Source of the DNA: Gammaproteobacteria bacterium
GTDB taxonomy: Bacteria; Pseudomonadota; Gammaproteobacteria; Tenderiales; Tenderiaceae
Assembly: GCA_021731365.1 (NCBI GenBank)
Contig: JAKFXL010000018.1
Span: forward strand, 940 to 64,939
Length of the DNA: 64,000 nucleotides
Reading direction: 5' to 3'
Positions 11,277-23,529 of the stretch are shown here, piece after piece (the stretch's first letter is position 1; every line of letters starts with the position of its first letter). Under the pieces are notes generated by a model that was given only the letters and a program-made list of their open reading frames with translations, did no database searches and was not told the origin of the DNA. A program made the translations under genes and the position numbers.

Positions 11277-12029
11277 TTATGTTGCCGCCCTGCAAATTGT
11301 CAAAAATTCTTCAGCATCGAGCGAGGCACCACCTATCAACCCGCCATCGATGTCAACCTGGGCAAACAGCTCTTCAGCGTTGCCACCCTTCACGCTACCA
11401 CCATAAAGGAGCTGGATTCTAGCAGCTAACGAGGGGTCTTTCATAGCTATTCTTTGGCGAATAAACGCGTGTACGCTCTGAGCCTGCTCAGGTGTCGCTG
11501 TCATGCCCGTACCAATGGCCCACACCGGCTCATAGGCAATAACAGCACTTTGCAACGCCGCCAGCCCGGCCTCGCTGCTTAACAGCGCATCAAGCTGGCA
11601 AGAGATGACCGCTTCGGTCGTGCCTTGCTCACGCTCCGCCAGTAGCTCACCAATACACAGTATCGGGAGCAGACCGGCTTTGCTGGCAGCAACCACCTTT
11701 TCCGCCACAATCGCATCACTCTCCCCACACTGGGCGCGACGCTCTGAATGGCCAAGAATGACATATTTGCAACCGACATCCAGTAACATGCCAGCAGAGA
11801 GCTCACCCGTGTAGGCCCCCCCAACATGCTGAGACATATTCTGGGCACCTAGAGAGACTGGCGAACCTCGCAATACCCTTTCCACCATCGGCAAATAGAC
11901 AAATGGCGGACAAAGAACCACATCAGCGACGGATGACTTCAGCCCGACTTTAATCGCACTCACTAAAGCCTCACCATCTGCCGCGTTACAGTTCATCTTC
12001 CAATTACCGGCGACTAGTGACTTACGCAT
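11277..12029 (-). CDS. tpiA: triose-phosphate isomerase
   Basis: Start at the internal ATG (MRKSLVAGNWKMN...), with catalytic-region motifs ..ILGHSERR.. and ..AYEPVWAIGTG.. Confidence 0.93.
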   Translation of the reverse strand: MRKSLVAGNWKMNCNAADGEALVSAIKVGLKSSVADVVLCPPFVYLPMVERVLRGSPVSLGAQNMSQHVGGAYTGELSAGMLLDVGCKYVILGHSERRAQCGESDAIVAEKVVAASKAGLLPILCIGELLAEREQGTTEAVISCQLDALLSSEAGLAALQSAVIAYEPVWAIGTGMTATPEQAQSVHAFIRQRIAMKDPSLAARIQLLYGGSVKGGNAEELFAQVDIDGGLIGGASLDAEEFLTICRAAT

Positions 12030-12140
12030 CCAACTTAACTCCGGGCTTTGAAAATAATGGTCCCAGATATTACAGAGCGGGAGCCAATAAATCAAACGTT
12101 TTTAAGCAGTTGGATGAGGCAGACTCAGCCTGGACATGCA

Positions 12141-13496
12141 TTATAGCTGTGCGTATGCAAGCTCAACCTGCCGGGCCAGATACTCAGCACATTGGCGCAC
12201 CAACTCACCACTTTGGCCTTCTACCATCACCCTAATCACTGGCTCGGTACCCGATGCCCGCAATAAAACACGGCCATTGCCGCTGAGCCGCAGGTCTATC
12301 TCTCGCAACGCATCACTCACAATAACCGACTTGGCATAATCAAACGGACGTTCTGTACGGACATTGATCAGGGTTTGTGGGTATTTTTCCATTCCGGACT
12401 TTAATTCGCTCAAAGATTTACCTGACTCGACCACGGCAGCCAGCACCTGTAACGCAGCAACTATACCGTCCCCCGTGGTCGCATGGTCCAGACAAATAAT
12501 ATGGCCAGATGACTCCCCACCCAATGCCAAATCGCCTTGCCGCAACAAATCCATTACATAGCGATCCCCTACCGCAGCACGATGCAACTCAATGCCTAAC
12601 GTTCCCAGGGCATGCTCAAGCCCCAGGTTACTCATCACCGTCCCCACCACTCCTCGTTTGAATCCGGGACGCCCCATTCTGGCGACCGCTATGATAAAAA
12701 GCAGCTCATCACCGTCGAGCACCTCTCCTTTATGATCAACCATAATCAGCCGGTCACCATCACCGTCAAGCGCAATGCCCAAATCAGCGCGGTGATGAAC
12801 AACCGCTACCTGCAACAACTCTGGGTGAGTCGATCCACAGTTGTCATTAATATTTAAACCATTTGGCTCGGCACCAATGGAAATTACTTCCGCGCCCAAC
12901 TCTTCAAGCACCAACGGGGCCATCCCGTACGTGGCACCATTCGCACAATCCACCACTATTTTGAAGCCGCTAAAGGAGAGTCGCGATGGAATGGTACTCT
13001 TGCAAAACTCTATGTACCGGCCTGCCGCATCCACAACCCGTTCTGCCTTACCCAAGGCATCCGGTGCCACCGTCTCCATCGGCTTATCTAGCTCTGCTTC
13101 AATAGCAAGCTCAATGTCATCAGGCAGCTTGGTACCATCCCCGGAGAAAAACTTTATCCCATTATCGTAATAGGGGTTATGGGAGGCGCTGATGACAATA
13201 CCTGCGTCCGCACGAAACGTACGTGTAAGATAAGCCACCCCCGGCGTTGGCATCGGCCCCAGCAACAATATATCCACACCCGCCGCAGATAGCCCTGCCT
13301 CCAATGCGGATTCAAACATATAGCCGGAGATGCGGGTATCTTTACCTATCAACACCCTGCTCTGCCTGCCTTTGCCTTGTGCCAATACACGACCAGCCGC
13401 CCAGCCGAGCTTCATCACAAATTCTGGCGTAATAGGATATTGCCCCACCTTTCCACGCACACCGTCAGTACCGAAGTATTTTCTTTTCCCCGACAT
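12141..13496 (-). CDS. glmM: phosphoglucosamine mutase
   Basis: [18 protein letters not shown]..., active-site ..ISASHNP.., full-length GlmM homolog. The track start at 13502 is a GTG two codons upstream. Confidence 0.93.
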   Translation of the reverse strand: MSGKRKYFGTDGVRGKVGQYPITPEFVMKLGWAAGRVLAQGKGRQSRVLIGKDTRISGYMFESALEAGLSAAGVDILLLGPMPTPGVAYLTRTFRADAGIVISASHNPYYDNGIKFFSGDGTKLPDDIELAIEAELDKPMETVAPDALGKAERVVDAAGRYIEFCKSTIPSRLSFSGFKIVVDCANGATYGMAPLVLEELGAEVISIGAEPNGLNINDNCGSTHPELLQVAVVHHRADLGIALDGDGDRLIMVDHKGEVLDGDELLFIIAVARMGRPGFKRGVVGTVMSNLGLEHALGTLGIELHRAAVGDRYVMDLLRQGDLALGGESSGHIICLDHATTGDGIVAALQVLAAVVESGKSLSELKSGMEKYPQTLINVRTERPFDYAKSVIVSDALREIDLRLSGNGRVLLRASGTEPVIRVMVEGQSGELVRQCAEYLARQVELAYAQL

Positions 13497-13520
13497 ACTC
13501 ACTACCTCACACTCATATAT

Positions 13521-14342
13521 TTAAGAGTACTCATATCCTGCATTCTGCACGGCATGACAGAGCCTCATAATATCGACCGTTGCGGCCACATCATGCACAC
13601 GAATAATAGCGGCACCGTGCCATAACGCCAGCGTTGCGGCTGCAAGACTACCCATCAACCGCTCATTCACAGGCTTATTCAACACAGCACCAATAAACGA
13701 TTTGCGCGACAACCCTACCAACATTGGCACACCTAACGTCTTGAAATGACTCAATCCATTAAGCAGTATAAGATTATGCTGTGTCGTTTTACCAAAACCA
13801 AAACCGGGATCGACTATAAGACGCTCCATTGGGATGCCCGCCTCAACACACACACCAATACGCTGCCGTAAAAAATCGGCCACCTCTGCCACAACATCAT
13901 CATAGGCAGGCTGGTTTTGCATCACATATGGCTTACCCTGCATATGCATCAAACAGACACGTACCTGAAGTTTCTGCGCCATCTCCAGTGCACCATCCTC
14001 ACACAACGCACGCACATCATTAATGATTGTTGCACCTGCAGCTACGGCTGCGGCCATCACAGTCGGTTTGCTTGTATCAATCGAAACAACAACACTGAAA
14101 CGGTCAGTAATCGCATCGACAATTGAGGCGGCCCGATCAATCTCCTCAGCCGCCGTCACAGGCAAAGCACCCGGGCGAGTTGATTCTGCACCCACATCGA
14201 TAATGTCAGCACCTTCAGCAACCATCTGCTCCGCCCGCCTCAAAGCTGCGTCCCGAAACATATAACGGCCACCATCAGAAAAAGAGTCAGGCGTGACGTT
14301 CAGAATGCCCATCACCTCTGGAGGCGCACACTCTCCCACCAT
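13521..14342 (-). CDS. folP: dihydropteroate synthase
   Basis: ..VMGILNVTPDSFSDGG.. pterin-binding motif. The ATG at 14342 has a GAGGA SD and an in-frame stop immediately upstream. Confidence 0.9.
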   Translation of the reverse strand: MVGECAPPEVMGILNVTPDSFSDGGRYMFRDAALRRAEQMVAEGADIIDVGAESTRPGALPVTAAEEIDRAASIVDAITDRFSVVVSIDTSKPTVMAAAVAAGATIINDVRALCEDGALEMAQKLQVRVCLMHMQGKPYVMQNQPAYDDVVAEVADFLRQRIGVCVEAGIPMERLIVDPGFGFGKTTQHNLILLNGLSHFKTLGVPMLVGLSRKSFIGAVLNKPVNERLMGSLAAATLALWHGAAIIRVHDVAATVDIMRLCHAVQNAGYEYS

Positions 14343-14433
14343 CTAATAATATCCTCAATCAATGCCAACTAGATCCACCAAGAAAAACGCCCTGCACAGG
14401 CAGGGCGTTTTAATAACAACCACAATCAAACCA

Positions 14434-16356
14434 TCAGTGAGACTCAGCCGGACCACCCACCTCTTTTTCAGATGCTTTATCTGCCGCATCATCACCAGAC
14501 TTCAGCCCACTGCCAGCACCATCATGAGGCTCGTGATCACTCCAATCCTGAGGTGGACGAGGTACACGCCCCTCCATGATGTCATCTATTTGTTTGCTAT
14601 CAATAGTCTCATACTTGATCAGCGCCTCCGCCATGCGGTGCATTTTTTCCAGATTATCAACCAGGATTTTCTTGGCGCGCTGGTAGTTACGATCAATGAT
14701 CACCCGGACTTCCTGATCAATGGTATGGGCAGTTACGTCGGAAACACTCTTAGACTGAGCTACGGAGTGACCAAGAAAGACCTCGCCCTGCTCTTCACTA
14801 TAAGTCAGCGGCCCCAATACATCGGAAAGGCCCCATTTGGTCACCATATTACGCGCCAGCTCGGTCGTGCGCTGAATGTCATTAGAGGCACCTGTGGTCA
14901 CCTTATCCGCACCAAATATCAACTCCTCGGCAATTCGACCACCATAAAGAGTACTGATCTGGCTCTCAAGACGCTCTTTGCTATAGCTATAACGATCTTC
15001 CTCGGGCAGGAACATTGTTACACCAAGAGCACGGCCACGCGGGATAATAGACACTTTATAAACAGGGTCATGCGATGGAACAAGACGCCCAACAATGGCG
15101 TGACCCGCTTCGTGATACGCAGTGAGTTTTTTCTCTTCATCATTCATCACCATGGATTTGCGCTCCGCGCCCATCATGATTTTGTCCTTCGCCTTCTCAA
15201 ACTCCTCCATTCCCACCATGCGTTTATTCTGTCGCGCCGCAAACAAAGCGGCCTCATTAACAAGGTTGGCTAAATCCGCACCAGAAAACCCAGGAGTACC
15301 ACGAGCAATAAGATTAGGTTTAACATCATCACCTAATGGCACTTTACGCATATGCACACGCAAAATCTGCTCACGACCACGCACATCGGGCAACGGTACC
15401 ACCACCTGCCGATCAAAACGGCCAGGGCGCAACAACGCCGGATCAAGCACATCGGGACGATTGGTAGCCGCAATCACTATTACACCTTCGCTGCCTTCAA
15501 AACCGTCCATCTCAACCAACAGCTGGTTAAGTGTTTGCTCACGCTCATCGTGTCCACCACCAAGGCCAGCACCACGATGACGCCCCACAGCATCAATTTC
15601 ATCAATAAATATGATACAAGGGGCATGTTTTTTTGCCTGCTCAAACATGTCGCGGACACGGGACGCACCAACACCCACAAACATCTCTACAAAATCAGAA
15701 CCTGAAATTGAGAAAAACGGCACCTTCGCCTCACCGGCAATCGCCTTGGCCAGCAGTGTTTTACCTGTGCCAGGGGAGCCAACCATCAACACCCCACGAG
15801 GAATTTTACCGCCTAATTTCTGGAATTTACTCGGGTCACGAAGGAACTCAACCAGCTCACTCACCTCATCTTTTGCCTCTTCAACACCGGCAACATCAGC
15901 AAAGGTGATCTTAACTTGGTCTTCACTCAGCAGTTTGGCACGGCTCTTACCAAAAGACATGGCACCCCGGCCACCGCCACCACCACCCTGCATCTGGCGC
16001 ATGAAAAAGATCCAGACACCGATCAATAACAGCATCGGAAACCAGGAGATAAAGATCTGCGTCAGAAAACCCTGCTGCTCTTGTGGCCGGGCATTAATCT
16101 CGACCCCGCTCGCCAACAGGTCGCCCACCAATCCACGATCATCAGGACTATACGTAATAAAACGTTCCCCAGAAGTAGTGACACCCTGAATAGAGCGCCC
16201 CTCAATTATCACCTTTTCTACCCTGCCACTTTTCACATCGCTAATAAATTGCGAATATGGCGTCGCCTGTGAGGTCGACTGTGATGGGCCGAAGTTGCTG
16301 AAAACCGACATCAGCACAATCGCTATCACCACCCATAAAATCAAATTTTTTGCCAT
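14434..16356 (-). CDS. ftsH: ATP-dependent zinc metalloprotease FtsH
   Basis: Start chosen at [19 protein letters not shown] (E. coli-like N-terminus). It has Walker A GPPGTGKT-like ([13 protein letters not shown]), an SRH motif and HEAGH zinc site (HEAGHAIV). Confidence 0.93.
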   Translation of the reverse strand: MAKNLILWVVIAIVLMSVFSNFGPSQSTSQATPYSQFISDVKSGRVEKVIIEGRSIQGVTTSGERFITYSPDDRGLVGDLLASGVEINARPQEQQGFLTQIFISWFPMLLLIGVWIFFMRQMQGGGGGGRGAMSFGKSRAKLLSEDQVKITFADVAGVEEAKDEVSELVEFLRDPSKFQKLGGKIPRGVLMVGSPGTGKTLLAKAIAGEAKVPFFSISGSDFVEMFVGVGASRVRDMFEQAKKHAPCIIFIDEIDAVGRHRGAGLGGGHDEREQTLNQLLVEMDGFEGSEGVIVIAATNRPDVLDPALLRPGRFDRQVVVPLPDVRGREQILRVHMRKVPLGDDVKPNLIARGTPGFSGADLANLVNEAALFAARQNKRMVGMEEFEKAKDKIMMGAERKSMVMNDEEKKLTAYHEAGHAIVGRLVPSHDPVYKVSIIPRGRALGVTMFLPEEDRYSYSKERLESQISTLYGGRIAEELIFGADKVTTGASNDIQRTTELARNMVTKWGLSDVLGPLTYSEEQGEVFLGHSVAQSKSVSDVTAHTIDQEVRVIIDRNYQRAKKILVDNLEKMHRMAEALIKYETIDSKQIDDIMEGRVPRPPQDWSDHEPHDGAGSGLKSGDDAADKASEKEVGGPAESH

Positions 16357-16456
16357 ATCGCTCAACGTTAATCCCTCTCCAGAGTCAGGAAGGCTTTGGT
16401 CGCCCACGTCAGATCAAATGTGTCCGACGCAGATCAATCCTCTATTCGAAAAAATA

Positions 16457-17077
16457 CTACACTTTAAGTTCGCGCGCTACCAGATAAACCTCACGACTAC
16501 GTGGACGTGAAGCCTTAGGTTTACGTACCAACACCTTGCCAAAACTGGCACGAACATCGTTTACATATTCGTCAAAACCGCTACCCTGAAACACTTTAGC
16601 CACAAAAACACCTTTGGGACCCAGCACCTGTCTGGCAAAATCAAGGGCCAGCTCAACCAGATACATCGCCTTGGGCTGGTCCATCGCCGCCATCCCGCTT
16701 ATATTGGGGGCAATATCCGAGATTACAAGGTCAATCTTGCGGCCAGCAACCAACCCCAGCAACTGATCCATCACCACCTGCTCACGAAAATCGCCCTGGA
16801 TAAAGTCAACATCGGCCAATACGTCCATGGGTAAAATATCCAGCGCAAAGACGCGTCCCTTGTCACCTATGGTTTTCGCCGCAACCTGGGACCAGCTACC
16901 TGGTGCCGCCCCCAAATCTACCACAAGCATTCCCGGCTTTAGCAATTTGTCACGCTCATTCAGCTCCAGAAGCTTATATGCTGCCCGTGAGCGGTAACCA
17001 TCCTGCCGTGCTTTGAGCACATACTGATCCGACTCATGCTCCTGCAACCAGCGGTTGCTGCTTTTACTCTTGGCCAT
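16457..17077 (-). CDS. rlmE: 23S rRNA (uridine2552-2'-O)-methyltransferase RlmE/FtsJ
   Basis: [20 protein letters not shown]...[13 protein letters not shown], a close match to the RlmE N-terminus and SAM motif. Confidence 0.93.
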   Translation of the reverse strand: MAKSKSSNRWLQEHESDQYVLKARQDGYRSRAAYKLLELNERDKLLKPGMLVVDLGAAPGSWSQVAAKTIGDKGRVFALDILPMDVLADVDFIQGDFREQVVMDQLLGLVAGRKIDLVISDIAPNISGMAAMDQPKAMYLVELALDFARQVLGPKGVFVAKVFQGSGFDEYVNDVRASFGKVLVRKPKASRPRSREVYLVARELKV

Positions 17078-17342
17078 GAAAAGAGTCCGCCTTTGCGCGC
17101 TGCGCCTGCTCTATGCGCCGTGTTTTTACCATCAACCAGATCATGGCAGACACACCGTACCCCGCAAGAAACAACGTTTGCCCTAAGCCATTGTCAATCA
17201 GACGATCATGTATTAGCCAGACGACCACGCCCACAACAACAATCAGCGCCAGATCAAACTTCACGCCATTAAACGGGCTGGCAGCAACGGTGAAACTACG
17301 CCGCTGGCGTGGTAAACTTGGCTCCCTTTTTGAATGGGCCAT
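17064..17342 (-). CDS. small hypothetical membrane protein (92 aa)
   Basis: ATG ORF with two predicted TM helices ([14 protein letters not shown].., ..[16 protein letters not shown]). It overlaps the rlmE start by 14 nt and is divergent from yhbY. No family recognised. Confidence 0.5.
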   Translation of the reverse strand: MAHSKREPSLPRQRRSFTVAASPFNGVKFDLALIVVVGVVVWLIHDRLIDNGLGQTLFLAGYGVSAMIWLMVKTRRIEQAQRAKADSFHGQE

Positions 17343-17361
17343 GATGGAGTTACCCTAGATA

Positions 17362-17652
17362 ATGTCTCTCAACGAAGATAAAAAACGCCAGTTACGTAAA
17401 CTTGGTCATACACTCAAGCCGCTGGTCACCATTGGCAACAATGGCCTGACAGATGCCGTCTATGCTGAATTTGACAGCACGATTGCCCACCATGAGCTAA
17501 TCAAGGTCAAAGTTCATGCTGACGAACGTGAAAACCGTGACACCATGATTGCGGAGCTGTGCCAGCGCACCGGTTCTGAACTGATACAACGTGTCGGGCA
17601 TATCGCACTAATCTTTCGCCGCAACCCACAGAAACCCAAAATTCACATCTGA
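17362..17652 (+). CDS. yhbY: RNA-binding protein YhbY (CRS1/YhbY domain)
   Basis: 96 aa, ..LRKLGHTLKPLVTIGNNGLTDAV..HELIKVKV.. typical of the CRM domain. Its position next to rlmE-ftsH matches E. coli. Confidence 0.9.
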   Translation: MSLNEDKKRQLRKLGHTLKPLVTIGNNGLTDAVYAEFDSTIAHHELIKVKVHADERENRDTMIAELCQRTGSELIQRVGHIALIFRRNPQKPKIHI

Positions 17653-17657
17653 TTTAA

Positions 17658-18119
17658 TCAGGCCTGCTCGCTGGTGCGGGCCTGCATCATCACCAGATAC
17701 ACACCTAAAAGTGAGGTTGCCAGGTACAGCAGCGATGAGATGCCGTGCAGACGGCCAAACTGCACCGCAGCTTCACTGCCCGGCTGATAACCAATGGCCT
17801 TAAGCGTCTGCATCATCGGCTGCAACACAAAGAAGCCAATCGCTACCAGACACAACATTATCAGCAATACCTGCACCCGCCGCGTTTTTAACCAGCGGCT
17901 ACCAGACGCGACTAACGCACTCAGTAACAGCGCACCACCACAAATAAACCCGACAATGCTCATGGCTGAAAACATGCTGCCCGCTACTGCACCTGCCAGA
18001 CGGCGGTCATCCAGCGTCTGAAAAAGGATCGGCACGGCCAGATAACCGACCACCAGCAGACCGCCTATCCAGACAGTCTGGAGCAGCTGCTCACCTTTAA
18101 ATAGCCACTGTCTATTCAT
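17658..18119 (-). CDS. hypothetical inner-membrane protein (153 aa, 4 TM)
   Basis: Hydrophobic helices (WIGGLLVVGYLAVPILF; IVGFICGGALLLSALVA; VLLIMLCLVAIGFFVL; LLYLATSLLGVYLVMM). It lies between greA and yhbY. Confidence 0.6.
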   Translation of the reverse strand: MNRQWLFKGEQLLQTVWIGGLLVVGYLAVPILFQTLDDRRLAGAVAGSMFSAMSIVGFICGGALLLSALVASGSRWLKTRRVQVLLIMLCLVAIGFFVLQPMMQTLKAIGYQPGSEAAVQFGRLHGISSLLYLATSLLGVYLVMMQARTSEQA

Positions 18120-18595
18120 CAGATGTAGTGTACAGCAAGGATTTCATACTCTTTGTCGCCAACCGGAGCCTTGACAACCACCGTGTCACCCTCCTCCTTG
18201 CCTATCAATGCCCGTGCGATAGGGGAACTGATGGAGATGCGACTTTTACTGATGTCCGCCTCAAGATCACCCACAATCTGGTAGGTCACTTTTTGACCTG
18301 TTTCATCGTCCACCAGGTCAACGGTCGTGCCAAAAACCACACGCCCGGTGGGTTCCATTTTGGTGACATCAATCACCTGGGCCTGGGATAACTGCCCCTC
18401 CAGGTCTGAGAGACGCCCCTCAATAAACCCCTGCTGCTCACGGGCAGCGTGATACTCGGCATTCTCTTTTAAATCACCGTGGGCGCGCGCTTCCGCGATG
18501 GCCAGGATTACCCGTGGGCGATCTACTGTTTTAAGGTGATGCAACTCTTCGCGCAGACGTTCTGCCCCTTGCGCGGTCATTGGAATGGTACTCAT
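18119..18595 (-). CDS. greA: transcription elongation factor GreA
   Basis: [18 protein letters not shown]...[19 protein letters not shown].., a close match to GreA. Its start overlaps the carB stop. Confidence 0.95.
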   Translation of the reverse strand: MSTIPMTAQGAERLREELHHLKTVDRPRVILAIAEARAHGDLKENAEYHAAREQQGFIEGRLSDLEGQLSQAQVIDVTKMEPTGRVVFGTTVDLVDDETGQKVTYQIVGDLEADISKSRISISSPIARALIGKEEGDTVVVKAPVGDKEYEILAVHYI

Positions 18596-21500
18596 GCAGA
18601 AATCTCCTTGTGTAAATCCTGCAAACGGTTAACACCATGGTCGACATTATGTTTTAGGGCCATACACGTTGCTCTGGCACCCGACATGGTGGTGGTGTAG
18701 TTTACTTTATGCTGCAATGCCTGACGCCGAATCATATAGGAGTCAGTGCTTGCCTGGCGACCTTCGACAGTATTAATAATCAGATCAATCTCATCATTTT
18801 TGATCATATCAACGATATGGGGCTGCCCCTCGGCAACTTTATTCACCCGCTTGCAAGGCACGCCCGCCTCTTCCAGAATCTTGGCTGTCCCCCGGGTGGC
18901 GCACAACTCAAAACCGATCTCCACCAGATCTTTGCCAACCCCCACCAGATGCACCTTGTCAGCATCACGCACGCTGATAAAGGCACGACCACTGCGGGGC
19001 ATATCCACACCCGCACCAATCTGGGATTTGGCAAAGGCCTCAGCGAAGGTTGGTGCAACGCCCATCACCTCACCGGTAGACTTCATCTCTGGCCCCAAAA
19101 TAGGGTCTACACCCGGAAACTTGGCAAACGGGAAAACCGCCTCTTTAACACAATAATAAGGTGGCACGATCTCTTTGGTCATGCCCTGCTGTGCCAACGT
19201 CTGGCCCGCCATGCAACGCGCCGCAATCTTCGCCAGTGGTTTACCAATCGCCTTGGAGACAAACGGCACGGTACGTGAGGCCCGTGGGTTCACCTCGATC
19301 ACGTAAATCTGATCATCCTGGATTGCAAACTGCACATTCATCAACCCCACAACATTCAGACCACGGGCCATCTTCACTACCTGATCACGCAGCTCAGCCT
19401 GATGCTCTGCGGAGACGCTGTACGGTGGCAATGAACAGGCCGAGTCACCGGAATGTACTCCCGCCTGCTCGATATGCTCCATCACCCCGCCAATCACCAC
19501 ATCAACACCGTCACTGATGGCATCCACATCCAGCTCAACGGCGTTATCAAGAAAGCGGTCCAGTAAAATAGGCGAGTCGTTTGAGATCTTGACCGCTGTT
19601 TTCATATAGCGCAGCAGGTTCTCTTCATTATAAACAACCTCCATCGCACGCCCACCCAAGACGTAAGAGGGGCGTACCACCAGCGGAAAGCCCATCTCCC
19701 GGGCACGTTCAACCGCCTCTTCAGAACTACGGACAGTGCAGTTAGGCGGCTGACGCAGCTCCAGTTTCTGTAACAGTTTCTGGAACCGCTCGCGATCCTC
19801 GGCCAAGTCGATAGAGTCCGGGCTTGTACCGATGATCGGCGCGCCTGCGGCCTCCAGGGCACGGGCCAGCTTCAGTGGTGTCTGGCCGCCGTACTGAACA
19901 ATGATGCCTTTAGGTTTCTCTTTGTGCACAATCTCCAGCACATCTTCCAGCGTCAACGGCTCGAAATAGAGGCGATCAGAGATGTCGTAGTCAGTAGAGA
20001 CCGTCTCTGGATTACAGTTAACCATAATGGTCTCATAACCATCTTCGCGCAGCGCCAACGCCGCATGAACACAGCAGTAGTCGAACTCAATCCCCTGGCC
20101 GATACGGTTAGGTCCACCACCCAGCACCATGATTTTCTGCTTATTGGTGGGGGCAGCCTCACACTCCTCTTCATAGGTGGAGTACATGTAGGCAGTGGCG
20201 GTTGAAAACTCGGCGGCACAGGAGTCGACCCGTTTGTAGACCGGGCGCACCCCTAGGGCATGGCGCTTGTTGCGCACCTCACCCTCACTGATATTCAGTA
20301 GCCTGGCCAGGCGACGATCCGAGAACCCCTTGCGTTTGAGCTCAAACATACGCCCTTTGATCAGCGCTGCCACACCCTTGGCACGAACCTCGTTTTCGCA
20401 CTTAACAAGATCCTCCAGCTGCACCAGAAACCAGGGGTCAATACGGCTGAACTCATGCACATCCTCCACCGTCCACCCCTGGCGGAAGGCATCAGCCACG
20501 TACCAGAGGCGGTCCGGGCCGGGAATCCGCAGCTCGTGTCGCAGTTTGTTTTTGATCCCTTCGGAATCCATGCTGGTATCCAGCACCTCATCCAGGCCAT
20601 CAACACCGGTCTCCAGACCACGTAAGGCCTTTTGCAGTGACTCCTGGAAGGTACGACCCATGGCCATCACCTCCCCCACCGACTTCATCTGGGTGCCCAG
20701 CGTCGGCACCGCCTGGGGGAATTTTTCAAAGGTAAAACGCGGCACCTTGGTGACCACGTAATCCAGGCTCGGCTCAAACGATGCAGGTGTAGCGCCGCCG
20801 GTGATCTCGTTTTTCAGTTCATTCAGTGTATAACCCACTGCCAACTTGGCCGCCACCTTGGCGATGGGGAAACCGGTGGCCTTGGAGGCGAGCGCCGATG
20901 ACCGCGAGACCCGTGGGTTCATCTCAATGACAATCATGCGGCCATCTTCCGGGTTGATGGCAAACTGAACGTTTGAACCACCAGTATCAACGCCAATCTC
21001 CCGCAGCACCGCCAGCGAGGCGTTACGCATGATCTGATACTCCTTATCAGTCATCGTCTGGGCCGGGGCCACGGTGATCGAGTCACCGGTATGGACCCCC
21101 ATCGGGTCCAGATTCTCTATCGAACAGACGATGATGCAGTTATCTTCGTGGTCACGCACCACCTCCATCTCGTACTCTTTCCAGCCGATGATGGACTCTT
21201 CAACCAACAGCTCCTTGGTGGGCGAGAGATCAAGACCACGCTCACAGATCTCCAGGAACTCCTCTTTGTTATAAGCGATACCACCACCGCTGCCACCCAT
21301 CGTAAATGAAGGACGGATGATGGTGGGATAACCGACACGGGCCTGAACCTGCAACGCCTCCTCAATACTGTGGGCCACCGATGAGTCCGGCATATCCAGG
21401 CCGATCTTGATCATCGCCTTACGGAACAGGTCACGATCCTCTGCCTTATTAATAGCATCACGACGGGCACCGATCATCTCAACATTAAACTTTTCCAGCA

Positions 21501-21819
21501 CCCCCTGTTTGGCCAGATCCAGGGCGCAGTTGAGCGCGGTCTGCCCGCCCATGGTGGGCAGCAGCGCATCGGGGCGCTCCTTCTCAATAATTTTGGCCAC
21601 GGTCTGCCAGGTCACTGGCTCAATATAGGTAGCATCCGCCATATCCGGGTCGGTCATAATCGTGGCGGGGTTGGAGTTAACCAGAATGACGCGGTACCCC
21701 TCTTCGCGCAGCGCCTTACACGCCTGGGCACCCGAATAATCGAACTCACACGCCTGACCGATCACAATCGGGCCAGCACCAATAATCAGTATGCTTTTAA
21801 TATCGTTACGTTTTGGCAT
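18592..21819 (-). CDS. carB: carbamoyl-phosphate synthase large subunit
   Basis: 1075 aa with duplicated ATP-grasp halves and conserved N-terminus [30 protein letters not shown]. Confidence 0.97.
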   Translation of the reverse strand: MPKRNDIKSILIIGAGPIVIGQACEFDYSGAQACKALREEGYRVILVNSNPATIMTDPDMADATYIEPVTWQTVAKIIEKERPDALLPTMGGQTALNCALDLAKQGVLEKFNVEMIGARRDAINKAEDRDLFRKAMIKIGLDMPDSSVAHSIEEALQVQARVGYPTIIRPSFTMGGSGGGIAYNKEEFLEICERGLDLSPTKELLVEESIIGWKEYEMEVVRDHEDNCIIVCSIENLDPMGVHTGDSITVAPAQTMTDKEYQIMRNASLAVLREIGVDTGGSNVQFAINPEDGRMIVIEMNPRVSRSSALASKATGFPIAKVAAKLAVGYTLNELKNEITGGATPASFEPSLDYVVTKVPRFTFEKFPQAVPTLGTQMKSVGEVMAMGRTFQESLQKALRGLETGVDGLDEVLDTSMDSEGIKNKLRHELRIPGPDRLWYVADAFRQGWTVEDVHEFSRIDPWFLVQLEDLVKCENEVRAKGVAALIKGRMFELKRKGFSDRRLARLLNISEGEVRNKRHALGVRPVYKRVDSCAAEFSTATAYMYSTYEEECEAAPTNKQKIMVLGGGPNRIGQGIEFDYCCVHAALALREDGYETIMVNCNPETVSTDYDISDRLYFEPLTLEDVLEIVHKEKPKGIIVQYGGQTPLKLARALEAAGAPIIGTSPDSIDLAEDRERFQKLLQKLELRQPPNCTVRSSEEAVERAREMGFPLVVRPSYVLGGRAMEVVYNEENLLRYMKTAVKISNDSPILLDRFLDNAVELDVDAISDGVDVVIGGVMEHIEQAGVHSGDSACSLPPYSVSAEHQAELRDQVVKMARGLNVVGLMNVQFAIQDDQIYVIEVNPRASRTVPFVSKAIGKPLAKIAARCMAGQTLAQQGMTKEIVPPYYCVKEAVFPFAKFPGVDPILGPEMKSTGEVMGVAPTFAEAFAKSQIGAGVDMPRSGRAFISVRDADKVHLVGVGKDLVEIGFELCATRGTAKILEEAGVPCKRVNKVAEGQPHIVDMIKNDEIDLIINTVEGRQASTDSYMIRRQALQHKVNYTTTMSGARATCMALKHNVDHGVNRLQDLHKEISA

Positions 21820-21860
21820 CGCTTACTCAATCACTCGTCGTGTTGTTCTTGGAGGGCAAC

Positions 21861-23009
21861 CTACTTTGAAGCCGCTTTGATCAGCTCAATAAAATGGTCA
21901 AAGAGCGGCGCTGCATCATGGGGACCAGGGCTTGCCTCCGGATGCCCCTGAAAGCTAAAGGCGGGCAGATCTGTACGTTGAATACCTTGCAAAGAGCCAT
22001 CAAAAAGCGAACGGTGGGTCGCCTCCAGATTGGCAGGCAGGGTGGCATCATCCACCGCAAAACCGTGATTCTGGCTGGTGATCATCACCCGCTTGGTGGC
22101 CAACGCCTCCACCGGATGGTTAGCACCGTGGTGGCCAAACTTCATCTTTAGTGTCTTGGCACCACTCGCCAGCGCCAACAGCTGATGACCCAGGCAGATA
22201 CCAAACGTCGGCATGCCACTGGCCACAATCTTTTGGATCGCCTCAATCGCATAATCACAAGGGGCGGGATCACCGGGACCATTAGAAAGGAATACACCAT
22301 CAGGTTTCATCGCCAGCACCTCTTCAGCAGAGGTCTGGGCAGGCACCACCGTCAGGCGGCAGCCACGATCCACCAACATCCGCAGAATATTTTGCTTAAC
22401 ACCGTAGTCATACGCCACCACATGGTACGGCAAATCAGCGTCGGCTCGCGATACATGGCCGTGACCCAAACGCCAGCTCCCCTCATTCCAGGTGTAGCGC
22501 TCTTTAACGGTCACCTCTTTTGCCAGATCCATACCCGCCAATCCGGCAAAACCCTTGGCAGCTGCCAGTGCCTCCGCCTCATCCAGCGCCAATCCGGCAA
22601 TAATGCAACCATTCTGGGCACCTGTCTCACGCAGGATACGGGTCAACTTACGGGTATCAATATTGGCAATGCCCACCACATTGTGGCGTTTAAGATAGGT
22701 ATCCAGGCTCTCCTGCATGCGCCAATTGCTGGCAACCAGCGGCAGGTCGCGGATAACAAGACCACTGGCAACGATATGAGGCGACTCCTCATCCTCGCTA
22801 TTAGTACCCGTATTACCAATATGGGGGTAGGTCAATGTCACAATCTGTCTACAGTAGGAAGGATCGGTCAGAATTTCCTGATAGCCGGTCATGGAGGTAT
22901 TAAAGACCACCTCCCCCACAGTACGCCCCACCGCGCCGATGGATTTCCCATAAAACAGCGCGCCATCTTCCAGAACTAAAAGGGCAGACTTTTCCAACTC
23001 ATCCTCCAA
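21861..23009 (-). CDS. carA: carbamoyl-phosphate synthase small subunit (glutamine amidotransferase)
   Basis: ..[11 protein letters not shown]...[18 protein letters not shown].. and the GATase triad region (..[13 protein letters not shown]..). Confidence 0.95.
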   Translation of the reverse strand: MEDELEKSALLVLEDGALFYGKSIGAVGRTVGEVVFNTSMTGYQEILTDPSYCRQIVTLTYPHIGNTGTNSEDEESPHIVASGLVIRDLPLVASNWRMQESLDTYLKRHNVVGIANIDTRKLTRILRETGAQNGCIIAGLALDEAEALAAAKGFAGLAGMDLAKEVTVKERYTWNEGSWRLGHGHVSRADADLPYHVVAYDYGVKQNILRMLVDRGCRLTVVPAQTSAEEVLAMKPDGVFLSNGPGDPAPCDYAIEAIQKIVASGMPTFGICLGHQLLALASGAKTLKMKFGHHGANHPVEALATKRVMITSQNHGFAVDDATLPANLEATHRSLFDGSLQGIQRTDLPAFSFQGHPEASPGPHDAAPLFDHFIELIKAASK

Positions 23010-23305
23010 GCTTTAGCTGCAACAAAGCGGGATGGCTCTCACGACCCACCCCGCCATGCACACTAAACAATGCGGTACTCAACGATTGCGCGAATTCTAC
23101 TGCACTACCGCCCTCCCTGTCCATGGCGATTTTCCGGGAATAGTTGTCAAATAACAAACACTTAGCCATTACCAAACACACAATAGCCCAGTATCAGAGA
23201 CACTAACCACCCCTCAACTCCTTGATATTCCAGCAATTAGAAAAGCCATTCCACCTAAGAGACAACAACAGCAACAAAAGAGGGATGAATAACCACAACA
23301 CATCT

Positions 23306-23347
23306 CTAAAGACACAAAAGCCGCCCCTTGTGACAAGAGGCGGCCTT
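23306..23347 (-). terminator. putative rho-independent terminator downstream of the RTX gene
   Basis: Minus-strand read is AAGGCCGCCTCTTGTCACAAGGGGCGGCTTTTGTGTCTTT. It forms a GC-rich stem (about 11 bp, 1 mismatch) with a 3-nt loop, followed by a T-run. It lies between the RTX stop (23530) and the carA start. Confidence 0.55.
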
Positions 23348-23529
23348 GTTGATGAAGCTCCGAATAAGACCTTTCGTACTGAGCCTGTCAAAGGAGAAGT
23401 GACGTAACACACTGATCGTTAAGTGCCATCCACCCATGATTCGACAAACTCCCCACGAAGAGCGTTGGGCACGGAGGATCGTCATAAACGCCTTAGGCCC
23501 ACGTCAAATCAAGCCCTTCTTAGCCAGCA

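Noticed and set aside
23010-23529. Small ORFs (23203..23412 minus, 23222..23407 plus, 22999..23181 minus) in the carA-RTX intergenic region
   Set aside because: They are overlapping, mutually antisense, without SD sequences. They lie in a region better explained by the RTX terminator hairpin and the carA promoter.
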